64,000 bases of DNA from Trichinella spiralis (lineage: Eukaryota), in the NCBI RefSeq assembly GCF_000181795.1, contig NW_003526943.1, positions 7,027,566-7,091,565 of the forward strand, given 5' to 3'. A program made the translations under genes and the position numbers. The notes beneath the pieces were generated by a model. That model saw only the letters and a list, made by a program, of their open reading frames with translations, was not told the origin of the DNA and made no database searches. Shown here in pieces: positions 37,400 to 51,916 of this stretch; position 1 is the first letter of the stretch, and every line of letters begins with the position of its first letter.

Positions 37400-40300
37400 T
37401 CAATCACACACACACACATTGTTCAAAACCGCCACGACAGTTTGCAAGTAGTGGAGAAATGGCAACGACGTGGGATCGACGCCGCACAGTTGGACAACGT
37501 GGTTGAGTTCGTGGTGAACTTCGTCGCGCACCTGGTCGGCTTGGTATTTCGAGATCGTCGGCAGTGAACAGTACAAACAGGCCTGGGAAGTGACCAACGC
37601 CAGCAGCGCCTCCATCGTCTCGCGCAGCAGTGGAATCGGTTCGGTGACAACTTCCGGTTGGCGATTCTGGGAACGCAGCGTCGAGGCGAACTGTTCGGCG
37701 CCGGACAACAACAGACCGAACGACAGGCGGCAGTGGTCGCCGAGTTGGGGCGCCACCGTGCTGCCGAAGTCGACCGCCAGCAGCGGTTCGAACGCGTGCG
37801 AGTCGATCGCCGACCGCAGCAGACCCGCGGTTCGGGCGAGACGGTCGACCGGCGGACTGAATTGGAGCAAAATTTGCAACGCGTAAAACAACAATTCGAC
37901 CAACAGTCGTCTGGCTTGGTTCGTGTCCGACTGGTTGTCCGAATTGACCAGTCTGGCCAGCGCGTCCTGACGACACAAATAATAGAGCAGGGTGATGGTG
38001 ACGCTGCAGGTGGCGCGGCGCATCGAATCCGAGCAGACGGTCCGAATGTCGACCGGCCATTTTCGGCGCTGCGTCGCCATGGACAAAAAGTAGCGCAATA
38101 CCAGACGAAGGGTGTGGCATTTCGATTCGAACGCTTCGAGCTGGGACGAACAGATCGATTCGAACACTTGGAGACGGGCGCGGAAAAATTCCACCGCCGA
38201 CACGATCACCGAATTGCACCGCTTCGACCGGGAACAACAACCGCTCATGGCCGTAGTGTAGAACTGTAGGGCGCATTTGAATTGAATTTCGCGGTCGAAT
38301 CGCCCATGCTGCTGCTGCTGCTGCTGTTGCTGCTCGACCGCCGGTTCCAAATAGACGAGTCGTTCGAAGCAACTCGTGCTCAACATTGCCAACGTCTCTT
38401 CGCTGTTGATGTGGAGCATTTTGGAAAAAAAATTCAACGTCGCCTGAATAAGTTGGACACTGGCAGCCGGTCGGATCCGTTCCACGTAGTCGACGTAGTT
38501 GGTGAAAAAATCACTACCGCACCGGTTGACGTAGGCCGGCAAACGGTCGAGCAGACGCAACAGAATCGAACTGAACAACAATAGGACGTGGTCGGTTTTC
38601 GGCTTCGTCACCGACCAGAGCGATTGAAACGATTTCAAAAAATTCACCGTCACGTTGATCATCAATTCTTCTTCGGACAAAAGACCGCCCACGTCGGCCG
38701 CTTGTTCGAAATGGTCGAGCAGAACAATCGCCACTGGCGCCAACGAGCCGCCGATCGACATCACCGTGCTCGAATCCAATTCACCGATTACCGTGAACAA
38801 TCGCAACAAACATTTCGATAATACTGTCACTGTAAAAAAATAAACAAATTCAAAAAAAAATTCAAATAAACAAAAACAATAAACAAACCCGAAAATTGCC
38901 CAGTCGACGTACGACGGCAACGCATCAGTATCAGCAACAGACATTCGGCCATAATTTTGACCAATTTCAATTCGTCGACACCGGCACGCGGTTTTCCCAT
39001 CAAACCGACCACCAATTCAATTCCAGCTTCGAGTACGTGGGTCGAAGAGGCCAGTGTCCACAATGTGGACAAGTGGGCAAAATTGAACGTGACTTGGATG
39101 AAATCTCGAAACGCGGCCAACGATTCGAGCTTGGCGTAAAAGTCCGCTTCGCTCAAACAGAGTCGATTCAACGTTTTCGTGGTCAATTCGATTCGATCCG
39201 ATTCGACCAAAGTTTCGACTATCCGTCTGATAGCCGCCGGCGGTGGTTTGGTTGGAATGGCGCCAATTTCACAGCAGAGTACTACGAATGCGTCGGCAAC
39301 GACTACCGGAGCGAATTGTTGTTCGGCCACTGTCAACGGCTTGGAAAATGCTTCCCAAAAATGGTCGACATTTTTCAAACAGTCGATCATCGACGCACAG
39401 TCTTGACGCCACAGAGCTTTGACGACCGTCATGGCCGCCCTGCTCATTTCGGTCGCGGTCGGAGCTGCCAAAGCTTCGACCAACGCCCCGGCCAGAGCAT
39501 GCTGTTGGTCCGATTCGACGCCGACCAACTCTTCGACCACAGCATATTGAGTTTCCAAAGCTGTGGCCAAAAAACGCCAACACTGGAGTCGCATCTGGGC
39601 CAGTTCGGTCGCGCAGAGCAGGCGCAAAACGAACGCGTCGCCGAAAGCACCGGCAAAAGCGCCGAACGTACTGACCAAAGCCAGTGGAAATTTCCAAGCC
39701 GCCTCGCGCAACAACGTGATCGCCAAAACCGGTATCGTACCGCCGAATCGAGTAAACAACAACTGACCAACGGTCAGCAGAGTTGCCGGACGTCGATTGG
39801 AACCGAAAAACAATTCGCGCCAAAATCTACTACCCACCCGTTGGTCGGTGGACAGTTCGCTGTCGGCGACCGCTGCGCAAACGCGCAATCCAGCCGACAA
39901 CAGTTGGACGGCCGAATTGACGGCCGTTTTCGTGGCCAGTCGTTGGCAGAGTCGACTGAACGTCGGTTCGCCGATCGACACCAGATCCAACAGCGCCTCG
40001 CGTACGCGGCTCACTTCCAACAACCAGTGCAGACAGTCGAATCGGCAACGTCGCCACAGACCGTCGCCGCTGGTCGAAGCCAGGCATTTTTCCACTATCG
40101 ACAAGCAGATGCAGACGATTTGACGACTTTTCGCCGACCGCAACGTCGACCAATGTCCGTAGAGCGGAAAAACGACCTGCACGATGGTGCAAATCAAATG
40201 GTACACTGTACGCTGGTGTATCGAAGATTCGTCGCTGTCGATCACGTTCCAGCACAATTGGACGTAGCCGAGTGTGAATTCGGAATACTCTTTGTTAATG

Positions 40301-42321
40301 ACCCCTTCGGCCAGTATCCGATCCCAAGCGGACCGGATGTCGGTGTCGGTTGTCGTGAACGACGGACAGAGAATGTTGTGGTCCACGAGTCGTTGCAAAA
40401 CTTGGGCCGGAAACGTGGCACTCGCGTCGGCAAAGCAGCCGATTATTTCGGCCAACAGCAGCACGTCGCCCCGAGTGGGTTGCGTTTTGCAACAGTCGGC
40501 TGTCCAGCCGAGGGCCCAGTCGAAAAAATGACCCAACTGCAAAGTGACATCCGGACCCAATTTGACCAGTTGACGAACCAAACGGAACACGGCCACGCGG
40601 CGCAACAGCAATTCGCCCGGAGTGCGATTCATCTGCCAGTTCAAATCGGTCAGCAGAAATTGCCAACCGTTGTAAAATAACTTCCACTGGATGTAGTCGC
40701 AGTTGTTGACGGTGCCCATGGTGCCCGGCGGGACGCAAATGCCGGACTCGCCGTTCAAATAGTGGACCTGCTTCAGTTCGTAGAGTGTTTGCTCGCCGTC
40801 GGCTTGGACGGCGGCGACGTGGTCCAAATTGACCGTGGCGATCGCTTCGCTGCAACTGGGCAGTCGACGAAATAAATTGAACGCTCTGGAAGCGTTTGAA
40901 GCGCTGGCGGTCGATATGGAAATGAGAAAAGCGATCGTCGGCCAGAAACGGTAGGGGAACAAGTACAAAGTGTCGCGGACGAATTCGCTGATGCCGGTCG
41001 AAAAATTGGTCGCCCAAATTTGGTCGACAACGCTGTCGCAACGGAGCAGTCGTTCGACGAGCTGTTCGAGCGTGTCGACCGCGCCCAACGATGTCGGTAC
41101 GAACAGATCCAGGCACTGGTTCAACACCAGATACAGCGTGGCGCGGCACAAATCCACCGTTTCCACTTCGACGCAACTTTCCATGTTGTCGAGCATGGCG
41201 ACGCACGACTGCAGAGAATCGTATTTGTGGGCGATCACGCTGAAGTGCTGGTAGTCGGCCCGTGACCGCGGCACGTCACCACAGCGCCACTGTTCTCGTT
41301 CGCCGATCAGACGGCACAACTCCCGGTTCAACGCCCACAGCATGTGGACGCAACTGTGCTTCGAACATGGACAAAGCGAAGTGACCACTGCCTGGAATTT
41401 CGCAGAAAATTCCTTTTCGAACCAATGGTCGAATAGGCTACAATTCAGGTCGTTGTTGTTGTTGTCGTCGTCGTCGTCGTCGATCTGATGGTCACCGACG
41501 TTGAAATTCAACGACAACAATTCGATATCACAAAGTTTGACCATGAGAAAATTTTCCAACGCGTCCACTGCACAAATCCGTTCGCGGATGTTCGGCTCTT
41601 TGTCGAAACGTGTCGACAATTTCCAAGCACCGCGAAGCATCTGCGCCGTCGACAACACTTGACCACTGTTGACCGAAAATATGTGATAAACCCAAACGAT
41701 CAAATTTACCAACTCGCATTGGAGAATCAAATGCTGTTCCACGTAAATTCCATTCAACAGATCGTCGGGCGGCGAAAATTGAACCACACGCTCGTATTCA
41801 CGTATCATCCCGTCGATGAAACTCTCCTCACCGACGTACCGTACGGCGTAACGTTCCAGTACAGAGTGATAGGGCGACTGGTCGCTGACGATGCAGCGTA
41901 CAACTTCAACCAGGCATTTTGCCAAATAAGACAATTGTCGATTGTAAAAGCAAGTCAAATCGCACAAAAACGACCGTCGACATTCATTTTCCGTCAACAA
42001 ATCGTCCATATCACGCCGTTCACCGGTATAATCGTAAACCAAGAACGAAGAGAACATCTCGTACGTTTGCATAAAGTCGAGATCCAGAAGGCGAGATGCT
42101 TCGTCGACAAAGTCAATGACGGTCGAACTGACCGATATGGAACGCAGCGATTCAAGATCCGAGTCGACGTTCGCGGCACGCTGCTTGTAAAAGTCGAAAC
42201 CGCGTCGAAAAAGCGCGTCGTGCTGGCCCAACAGCATGCTGAACACTTCCTCTTTCACCGGTTCCAAAGACACCAGTACCGACCAGAAGTGCTGCGTGGA
42301 ACGAATTTCTATCTCTGTCAT
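37400..42321 (-). CDS. NUP188: Nucleoporin Nup188-like scaffold protein (~1620 aa); two large exons, intron from 38830 to about 38890-38912
   Basis: LLDLDFMQTYEMFSSFLVYDYTG and FYNRQLSYLAKCL resemble the Nup188 N-terminus. Also has FPY.F.P and VPPGTMG...IQW..YNGW. A phase-1 acceptor ttttacag joins the two ORFs. Confidence 0.78.
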
Positions 42322-43770
42322 CTTGAAATCAATTAAAACGTCTATTTTTTCTCAACTTAAATACAAAACATTCACTTTTTCCAAACTTATGCAACTATTT
42401 ACTAACTAGATACAAAACTCAAAAACTACAGTATACACGCAAGTACAATTTTTGTAATACACTGATAACCTGACTAAAATATTCAAAATTATACATGAAC
42501 ATTATACTGAAAAAAACTTATTTTTTGATTATATAAAATATTTAATATAATAAATGCTTGAATCAAAAATTTTTTGAAAAAATATAAAATCAAAATCAAG
42601 TTAAAATTTTGATCAACCGATATGCCAATTCGTCTTTGTTTCTATGATCATTGTTAAAAAGCATTCCATCTTCATTCCATTTCAAATATAAATAAATTGA
42701 ATTCTTACGCATGTGTATATGAGCATTAATAAGTTTTATGTTCATTTATAGCTTTATTTGAATCAATTTTCTAAGAACTTTTAAAATACAGTATACTAAT
42801 TACACTTGAGTGTCTTAATAGAAAATTGTCAACTTTGAGTATTGCGAGTTTTGAGTCTAATTCAAAGCAGTTGTTTTACATTTGAAATAACTTTGCGTTT
42901 TCTCATAGAACTGATGAAATTTTATGTTTGTGAAACTTTGTAAATGAATCATGAAACAAATCTCATGATATATCATTTAACATAATTTTATATGCAAAAT
43001 TAAATTTGCAAAAACAGCGTTCATGGCATTGTTTCGAAACAATTTAATAACTACTAAATGGAAATTTTAGGTCAAATTTATCTATTCTATTCGTCGAACT
43101 TTAAACTTCTGAAAATTGAAATTACTGTTCTTCGATGAAATCTCAGTAGAATGTTATAATATTCAATACGAATTAATTCTGTTTAATAGAATAATAAAGT
43201 AAGTGTTTAATTTTGATTATTTACTTCCTTCATTCGATCGTGTTGTGCATTATAAATTACTTTTGAAATTGCACGTAAAAGTTTCCTGGTAGTAATCATC
43301 GTTTTGAAATGCGTTTTTTGTCTTTTGTTAACCTGTTTTTATACTCATTTGTTAAAAAATGTAGACCATCACCGGATTCGTTCATTGTCCATTAAAATGC
43401 CTCTTTGAGCAACGCTTACTCTAATTTCAAATAAATTATTTTCCTTATGACGAAGCATTCTGATCTTTTTCTTGCATTTCTTGATTTTTTGCATTTTGTT
43501 CATTGGTTCAGTCGAGTCTACGTTTGAATACAAACTACATATTCTCACTTTAAATAATTAATTAAAAATACAATAAGAATATAAATATGACATATTTAAC
43601 CTGTTTTTTTAGCATAATTTTCAAAGTTACGTTTATATTTCGCACGGTCGTTGACGTTTTGATTTACTGTGACGTAATATGCAGTTTTTGTTCATTGTTG
43701 AATATTGTTAGCATTTTGCTGTGTATTCGTTGTTTTCGACTAATTGAAGTTTTTTATCATTATCTTAAGG

Positions 43771-46700
43771 ATGTCATCTCGCGCTATCACTGAATTCCAG
43801 GCAAAAACTATAGTTTACAACAACATTGACCAGTGTCCATTGAAAATATTGCCAATTGCGCATTTCGACTTGAGGCAAAGTTGGGATTCTTTCGAAAATG
43901 TCAATCATTGGATTGATCAGGAAACGGTATTATCCGATTTATTAATTTTAATTTTTTTTTCTTTTTTGAAATCAATATTTTCATATTCTTAGCGACTGGT
44001 GGTAAAAGTTGATCAGTTGATCAAACGACGCGGTAAATTGGGTTTGCTTGAAAAAGATGTGACGTATTTGTCGGCAAAAAAATGGATAAAAAGCAAATCT
44101 GAAAAAGAAATTCAAATCGGTAAAATTCACGGATATGTTACTAATTTCGTCATTGAACCATACATTTCCCACAAAGAGGTAGTGTCAACGTGCATATTCT
44201 TATTTTGACATTCATCTATGTTATAGTTTGAACAAATTTCAGGAAGATGAATGTTATGTTTGCATTTATTCTGTAAGATCCGGAGACGTGGTTTTGTTTT
44301 ATCATCGTGGTGGAATTGACGTTGGTGATGTCGATCAAAAGGTTATTTACTTTATCATATTTTATTTCATTTTATTTTATTTCATATTGTTTAGAGTGAA
44401 AATTTGTTTATTCCATTAGAGAAAACGCCCAGTTATGTTGAAATAGTTTCCAAATTGTTGATCAACCTGAAATGCAACGTCAAGAAACAGTATGTACCGA
44501 ATATTGTGATTTACATGAATAAATTTAAATTTAATTGATAAAAATATCATTTTTTTGCAATTATAATTTAGATTGGTTGCTGAATTTATCATTAAACTAT
44601 ACCAACTATATGTGAATTTACATTTTACATATTTGGAAATTAATCCTCTTCTCGTTAATGGCGACGACAAGACAATTTATATGTTAGATATAGCTGCCAA
44701 GCTTGATTCAGCCGCAGATTTCATGTGCCGACGACAGTGGGGTGAGATTGAATTTCCCACGCCGTTTGGTCGGCAACTTTTGCCTGAAGTGAACACAAAA
44801 GAATTGTTTTTTTGATTTTTTAATAATATAGAAATAATTTTCCCTAATTGCAAATCGAACATGTATTTTAAGGAGCAGTATGTTGCTGAGCTTGATTCGA
44901 GAAGTGGTGCTTCTTTGAAATTGACAGTATTGAACAAAGACGGTCGAATTTGGACAATGGTCGCTGGTGGTGGTGCTTCGGTTATATATTGGTTAGCCAA
45001 TGTTATTATTTGAATATTTAAAATTAAAATGAGTTTCTTTTTTATTTATTGTGTTTTTCAAATTCTTACAGTGATACTATTTGTGACATGGGTGAAGCTT
45101 CAGAGCTGGCCAACTATGGCGAATATTCAGGAGCGCCTACTGAAGTACAAACTTATGAATACGCGAAGACCATTTTAAAACTGATGACTTCAACAAAAGT
45201 ACATAAATCTGGAAAAGTGTTAATAATTGGCGGTAGTATTGCTAATTTTACCAACGTGGCAGATACTTTCAAGGTAGTTTAATATTGTAAAAGCATTTTT
45301 AGCTGGAATAAGTTTGAGAAGATAAATTTAGGGTATCATCTTAGCTCTTGAAGAATATCGATTAGAACTTATTCGTCACAAAGTTTCCATTTATGTTCGT
45401 AGAGGAGGTCCGAATTTTCAAGAAGGACTAAGACTGATGAAAGAAGCAGGTAATTCAGTTTCATTTTTTGATTTTTATTCATCAATTATTATTATTTTTA
45501 AATTCCATACCAATTCTACAATGAGAGTTTGCTTTATATAATATTATTGCATGAAATGGAAAGCAAATGTTGTTAATTTTGAGGAAAAACTTTGGAAATT
45601 CCTGTGCACGTTTATGGAACTGATACACACATGACTGCAGTTGTCGGCATGGCGATGGGAAAAGTATCTCATTGTTGTAAGAATCCTCAGCCCGTCGCTA
45701 CTGCAAGTTTTCTACTTAACACTAGTCAGTCGGTAAAAATTTAATTGTTGATGTAATATAATATTTTTTATTTGAAACATGTACTTTTAGACTGCTTCGC
45801 TTTCTATGGATTCTGAACAAGCATCAAGTGGACCAGTGGATCAAGTGCAATTCGATTTGGATAAATCGGGCGAAGCAAATCGAGAACTGTTCACTTCTAA
45901 CACCAGAGTATGGAATTGCTTTTAAACGGTGGTGTATATCCATTCCATTCCATTCCATAGATACTTTTTTCTAGGCAATTGTTTGGGGAATGCAAGTGAA
46001 GGCTGTGCAGTCGATGCTGGATTTTGATTACGTTTGTCAGCGTAAACTGCCATCAGTCGTCGCAATGACATATCCAATGACTGGAGATCACAAACAGAAA
46101 TTTTATTTTGGTCATAAAGAAATTTTAATTCCCGGTATTGTTTTTGTTTTATCATTGATCAAATCTCTTTTAAGGTAACTTGTTTTTTTTTAATCATTCA
46201 TTCAGTTTACAAATCGATGGCAAAAGCAATTGAAAAGCATCCTGATGCTTCAGTGTTGATAAATTTTGCCTCACTGCGTTCCGCTTACGATGCTACGGTT
46301 GAAGCGTTGCAGTTTCCTCAAGTGCGATGCATTGCTATCATTGCTGAAGGAATTCCTGAAAATTTTACCCGGAAATTGATCACTCGAGCAGAACAAGCAG
46401 GTGTAACTATCATCGGCCCTGCTACAGTAGGTGGAATTAAGCCCGGTTGTTTCAAAATTGGTAACACCGGTGGAATGATGGACAATATCATGGCGTCGAA
46501 ATTGTATCGACCTGGCAGGTATTCGATGAATTTGGCATTATTTATTAATTATTTGTACCATGAGATTATTTTTTTAGCGTTGCCTACGTGTCCAGATCCG
46601 GTGGGATGTCAAACGAATTGAACAACATAATATCTCAGGTGACAAATGGTGTTTACGAGGGTGTTGCCATCGGTGGTGATAGGTAAGTGAATTTATTTTC

Positions 46701-48905
46701 TTTTTTAATTTGTTTTCCTTTAGAAAAATTTTCAAAATTAGATATCCATGTTCAACATTTTGTGATCACCTGTTGCGATTTGAAGATGATCCAAAAGTGA
46801 AAATGATGGTCATGCTAGGAGAAGTATGAATTCCACAGATAACATTTTCTATTTACGTTATTTTATTATTGCCTTCTTAGATTGGCGGTGTTGAAGAATA
46901 CAAAGTTTGTGAACTTTTAAAAAATGGTAAAATAAAAAAACCACTTGTAGCTTGGTGCATTGGGACATGTGCATCCTTTTTACCTTCTGAGGTATGTTGG
47001 TCAGTATTGTTATTATTTTAACTACGCTAAAAATGAACTTATTAAATATTTGTATGAAAATTAAGATGGTCATTATGAACTGTTTAAACAAATGTCGACA
47101 GTGTAAGGTTATCGATTTTTTGAAACTTTTCCATATTGAAACAGTTTGAAAATTTATACATGCTGTAATTTCATATTAAACATTATTTATTCATTTTGCG
47201 AGCAGTGAAGTTATCAATTAATTAATGGTTTGTTGCATTGCTAATTGTGCAATTGATTTGATTTATTCTAAAAATAGAACAGGACTGTTAAGGTTGGTGT
47301 TGGACTGGTATTGTTTTGTCAGTAATGCTTTTTGTGTAGGTGCAATTTGGACATTCTGGGGCCAGTGCCGCAGCAGAGAAAGAAACCGCCTGTAGTAAAA
47401 ATCGCGCTCTTAAAGACGCTGGCGCTCATGTACCGAATACATTTGACGATTTAGCAACATGCATAAAGTTTGCAACAAAACGGATGGAACTCGAATGCAG
47501 TGTTTTTTTTTAAAGTTGAGCATTTTTGTAGGAAGATTTATGAGGAACTTGTTCAAGATGGGAAAATACAATTGTTGGATGAAAAACCACCACCTGCCGT
47601 TCCAATGGATTATAGTTGGGCTAGAGTAATTTTTATTTCTTAACTGCTCCATAAATCCCTTTTATTATCAGAATATTATTATTATTATTTATTTATTTAT
47701 TTGTTCATTTTTTGTCTGTATTATTTAAATATGTGATAAATGTGAAAATAATGTTTCTTTATTGGATTTTAGGAATTGGGACTGATAAGAAAACCTTCCT
47801 CTTTTATGAGTTCTATATGCGATGAGCGTGGAAATGAATTGTTGTATGCAGGGGTTCCGATTTCGAAAATAATTTCCGAAGGTCTGGGCTTGGGCGGTGT
47901 GCTCAGTTTGCTTTGGTTCAGGAGGAGGTATTGTTGTTGGGATGTTCGTTGATGTGTATTGTTTTTTTCTTTTGTTTTACTCTATTTTTTAGACTTCCAG
48001 ATTACGCGTTCAAATTTATCGAAATGTGTTTGATTGTGACCGCAGATCATGGACCAGCCGTATCCGGTGCCCACAACACGATCGTCTGTGCCAGAGCAGG
48101 CAAAGATTTGGTTTCGTCACTGGTGTCAGGGTTGCTTACTATTGTAAGTTTGGAACTTGTGTTTACCAGTTGAACAAATCCACTCGAGCTAACGGGAAAT
48201 TAACTTACAAGGGTGAACGATTTGGTGGTGCATTGGATATGGCAGCTAAGCAATTTTCTCGCGCTTACGACGAAGGTCTGAATCCAATGGAATTTGTGCA
48301 CAAAATGCGCAAAGAAGGTCAACTGATTATGGGCATTGGTCATCGAGTCAAATCGGTCAGTGAGTTTTGCAAGTTGCTTTCAATAATTCGAGCTTTTTTC
48401 ATATTTTCAGATAAATAATCCTGATGCGCGAGTGAAAATTTTACACGATTATGTAGTGGAACATTTTCCCGAACATCCTCTGGTCGATTACGCCAAACAG
48501 GTTGAGCAGATCACCACAAAGAAGGTTTGTTGCCTAAATTTTACAAGCTTTTTTTGGAAAAATGCATTTCTGCTTTTTATCCAGAAACCGAATTTGATTC
48601 TCAATGTCGATGGCATTATTGGGGTGGCATTTGTAGACCTGTTGCGCAAATCAGGTTGTTTCACTGAACAAGAAGCCCAGGAATACATTGACATAGGCAC
48701 CTTGAATGGCTTGTTTGTTCTAGGACGAAGTATTGGATTCATAGGTAAACAAACATTCTTCAGTTGCTTCTTTCAAATAATACAATGAAGAAAAAGAATA
48801 TTTTCAGGACATTATCTGGATCAAAAACGATTGAAACAAGGCTTGTATCGACATCCATGGGATGACATTACTTATTTGATGCCAGAAGATTCGACGAATC
48901 TGTGA
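43771..48905 (+). CDS. ACLY: ATP-citrate lyase, many short introns
   Basis: Contains [86 protein letters not shown] and [13 protein letters not shown]. Confidence 0.98.
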
Positions 48906-49695
48906 TCATTTTAAAAAATTTTATTAAACGACATTTGAAACATTAGTAATTTATTTTATTTTTAAATTCAACAAGCAAAACATAATCTGATCAAAAAACA
49001 ACATTCACTTTCTTATTCAAAATTTTTACCAGTCATTCTACCAATGAAACTGACATTAAAATATTAACTCGTGAGAAACCACACTTTTATATTTTGAACA
49101 TTTTGTGAAGGTATTTATAAACTTTCTAATTAGTGTATTTACAATAATATTATTTTGTTGGGCAAAAATTTATCACCAAAAATATCAAAAAAAGCACAGA
49201 TAAATTTTCATGTTACACATAGTGATGAAAATTAATTTTTGTACAAAACGGATGAAAATTATTTTGAATTTTGTTTTTTTTTGACTCGTTGCATTTTCAA
49301 AGTGGAAACTTCTTGAAGTGCTATTCAACCGCAACTACAAAAAAATATCACAGGACGAAATTGCAAACTTGAAGCTTTCGTTGAAAATTGAATTTGCCAT
49401 TTTGCAACGTCGAAAGCTGAAGGTCTGTTGAAAAATTTTCCTCGTGAATAATGATAATGATGTAAGCAGGCCTGTCACTTGGTTACTTGTCGTCTGTTAA
49501 TAGTTACTTTTTAAATATGATTTCAAAATTCAAACACTTCCGAGCATTATCATGAAAATGTTTTTTATCATTTTTCTGATTATGAAAGCTGTTGCACATT
49601 TAAATCCAATAAATATTGCAAATGTTAGTGTCATTTTATTAAATTAAATAATAAATAATTCATATGAAAAAACAATGGTAAAATTATTATCTAAT

Positions 49696-51190
49696 TGTAA
49701 CAGATACCGTAACGCAATATCAACATCTCATACTTGATTACCTCTATATAATACTACAGTCTGTATTATTTTACGTTTTTACTGTACTTTGACTGCTTTT
49801 CAGCTAACGAAGCATGTCGTTGTTTTGAGCGTTTTCATTGCACTTTATTAGACATTTTGCTATCTTGAATGCGACGCTTATTCTGAACAAATTCTCTGTC
49901 GATTTCACGGCCAGGAATGCTGAAAAAGAATGGAAATTCTGGCTCCTTCAATTCGAAGATTTCGTACCACTGACCGTTGATGCTGGGATCAGTCTTTTGA
50001 AAGTCTTACGTCTTCATTTAACTGCAGCCACCTTTGAATACGTGAAAAGTTTCAAGAGTTATGACGAAGCGGTAGCAGAAGTGAAAGAAGTTTACGTTAA
50101 ACCCAAGAATGTAATTTAAAAGAAACCGAAATTCGCACTCGACTTTTGGAATATAGTGGACTAACTTTGCAAGAAGCTTTCGGATAAGACTATGGCACTA
50201 AATTCCATCCAGGAGAATATGAAAGCCTATATTACCTTTGATCTGATTATTAATTCTGTGAGCACAATAGACTCCAGAACTGAAGGATCAAGAAACGGAA
50301 GACCGCTTTCGTCTGAAAGGTCTTCTACGTTGGCCGTTGTAAAACCAAAGTGCTACTTTTGCGGAAAATTGTGACATGCGACATCATATCTACCGAACTT
50401 CACTAAACACAAATGCAGATGCCCTATCTCCAATTTGTGGTAACATGCAAGTAAGGAAAGTCACATTACAAATTGTTCATAACAACCTATGTCATCCTGA
50501 AGTAACTCGTATGGCTGGCTCACTACATGGGAAATAAAATCTTGCCGTACACAATCGAAGAAATTCAGAGAATGACCACCTCGTGCCGAATTCGTCCTGA
50601 GCTGAAACCTAGGTTCAAGAAATCAAATTAAGGCAACGTTTAAGCATCGACTTTAAAGGACCACTGCCATCTGTGTCAAGTAATCGATATGTGTTAACTG
50701 TTTGTGAGGTTACTAGCCGTACGACTGCATACAAGCCCTCAAGGAAAGGGACGAGAAAAAGATATCACGAAGTCATATGGAAGGCAATCACCCTAGCGCA
50801 ATGGTTTCAACAGTTACCAATAGAACAATGGGAAGAAGCATTAGATTTGACAATTACACTCGATACGTTCATTATTGTCGATCCCATCTCTGGGGATTCC
50901 TCATTTCAGCTGTTCTCTTGCCAGCGAAGAACACCGACGGGTACATTCTTCCCAACCTGGCAAAGTATTAATGAGGCGATTGACTCGAACAAACAAAAAT
51001 GATCCTCTAGTATATATATACAAAGTGGAATTACTTCTTCCGAATCAACAATTTTGTCTATGGATCAACCGTATAGTTTACAAAACCCAAGTGCACCCAA
51101 CAAATTCAAACGGAAAAATCCATGGAATATGCGATGCCAATACGAGGGCAAATCTATCTACAATGGAGAAGTCTGAAAGAGCGTAAGCTC
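49696..51190 (+). mobile_element. Decayed, internally deleted Ty3/gypsy LTR retrotransposon (LTR-like 49696-49842, gag and integrase remnants)
   Basis: Starts TGTAA...CATTGCA (LTR-like). Gag-like EWKFWLLQFEDF and zinc-knuckle start KCYFCGK follow. Integrase zinc finger HNNLCHP and core SIDFKGPLPS, TSRTTAY, IWKAITLA are present. Multiple stops and frameshifts; no RT seen. Confidence 0.85.
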
Positions 51191-51916
51191 ACAGAGAAGA
51201 TCACATCTGGAATGTAATCACAATAATGAATGCATTTGTGAGATTTTCAGTATACGAAAGTTGATATAATCGGTTGAATAGATTTTATGAACTTCCAGAA
51301 GATGGTGACAAAACTTTCCATTAATCACTGGAAACATCATGGACTCCCGTGGCATTGGAGTCCATGATGATAATGTTTATTATCATTGTTTACTTTTAGA
51401 ATGTGCAAATTTGTGAAATTTATACATTTTACGACAAGCTGAGGCAACATGCACACGATGGAACAGTATCTCCATGGCATAAAGTATTTAACATTAGAAG
51501 TGATCATTTAAAATGCCGCCTTTCAAATTGCACCAGTCTTGTATTGCTTTGAATCACTGATGTTAATTTTTGGTTGTTTTGTTTTTCATGTTTCCATATT
51601 TGATTGATTGGATTAGCAGATTTTTTATCAGATTTTGTTGTATTTTGCTCGGTTAATAAAGTTGAGAAATGAAATATAAATGCGCTGCTTAATGGTGGTG
51701 ATCTTTGAAAAATTTTTTCCAATAGAAAGGAAAGCAATGTAAAAAAAAATTAAATTTGGGTTCGAAACAGGCTTCATGCTTTTTATTCTCATTATTAGTT
51801 TTTCAACTACCACACATGTGAATAGAAAATAGGAAAAGAATAATAAAATAATTCATTGAAATACTGCAGATAATCAAGTCTGAAAAAAGGGTGCAGGAAT
51901 TTCAAGTCGACACCAC
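50620..51916 (+). repeat. Copy B of the ~1.3 kb inverted duplication (partner 5197-6538)
   Basis: Starts aaatcaaattaaggcaacg (reverse complement of 6520-6538) and ends aatttcaagtcgacaccac (reverse complement of 5197-5215). Confidence 0.95.

Noticed and set aside
38896..40680. 594 aa plus-strand ORF and other long overlapping ORFs in 37.4-42.3 kb
   Set aside because: Antisense or alternate-frame shadows of the GC-rich Nup188 exons; no domain-like sequence.
51213..51400. TGTAAT after the integrase remnant as a 3' LTR
   Set aside because: The sequence beyond the first bases does not match the 5' LTR-like segment at 49696-49842.
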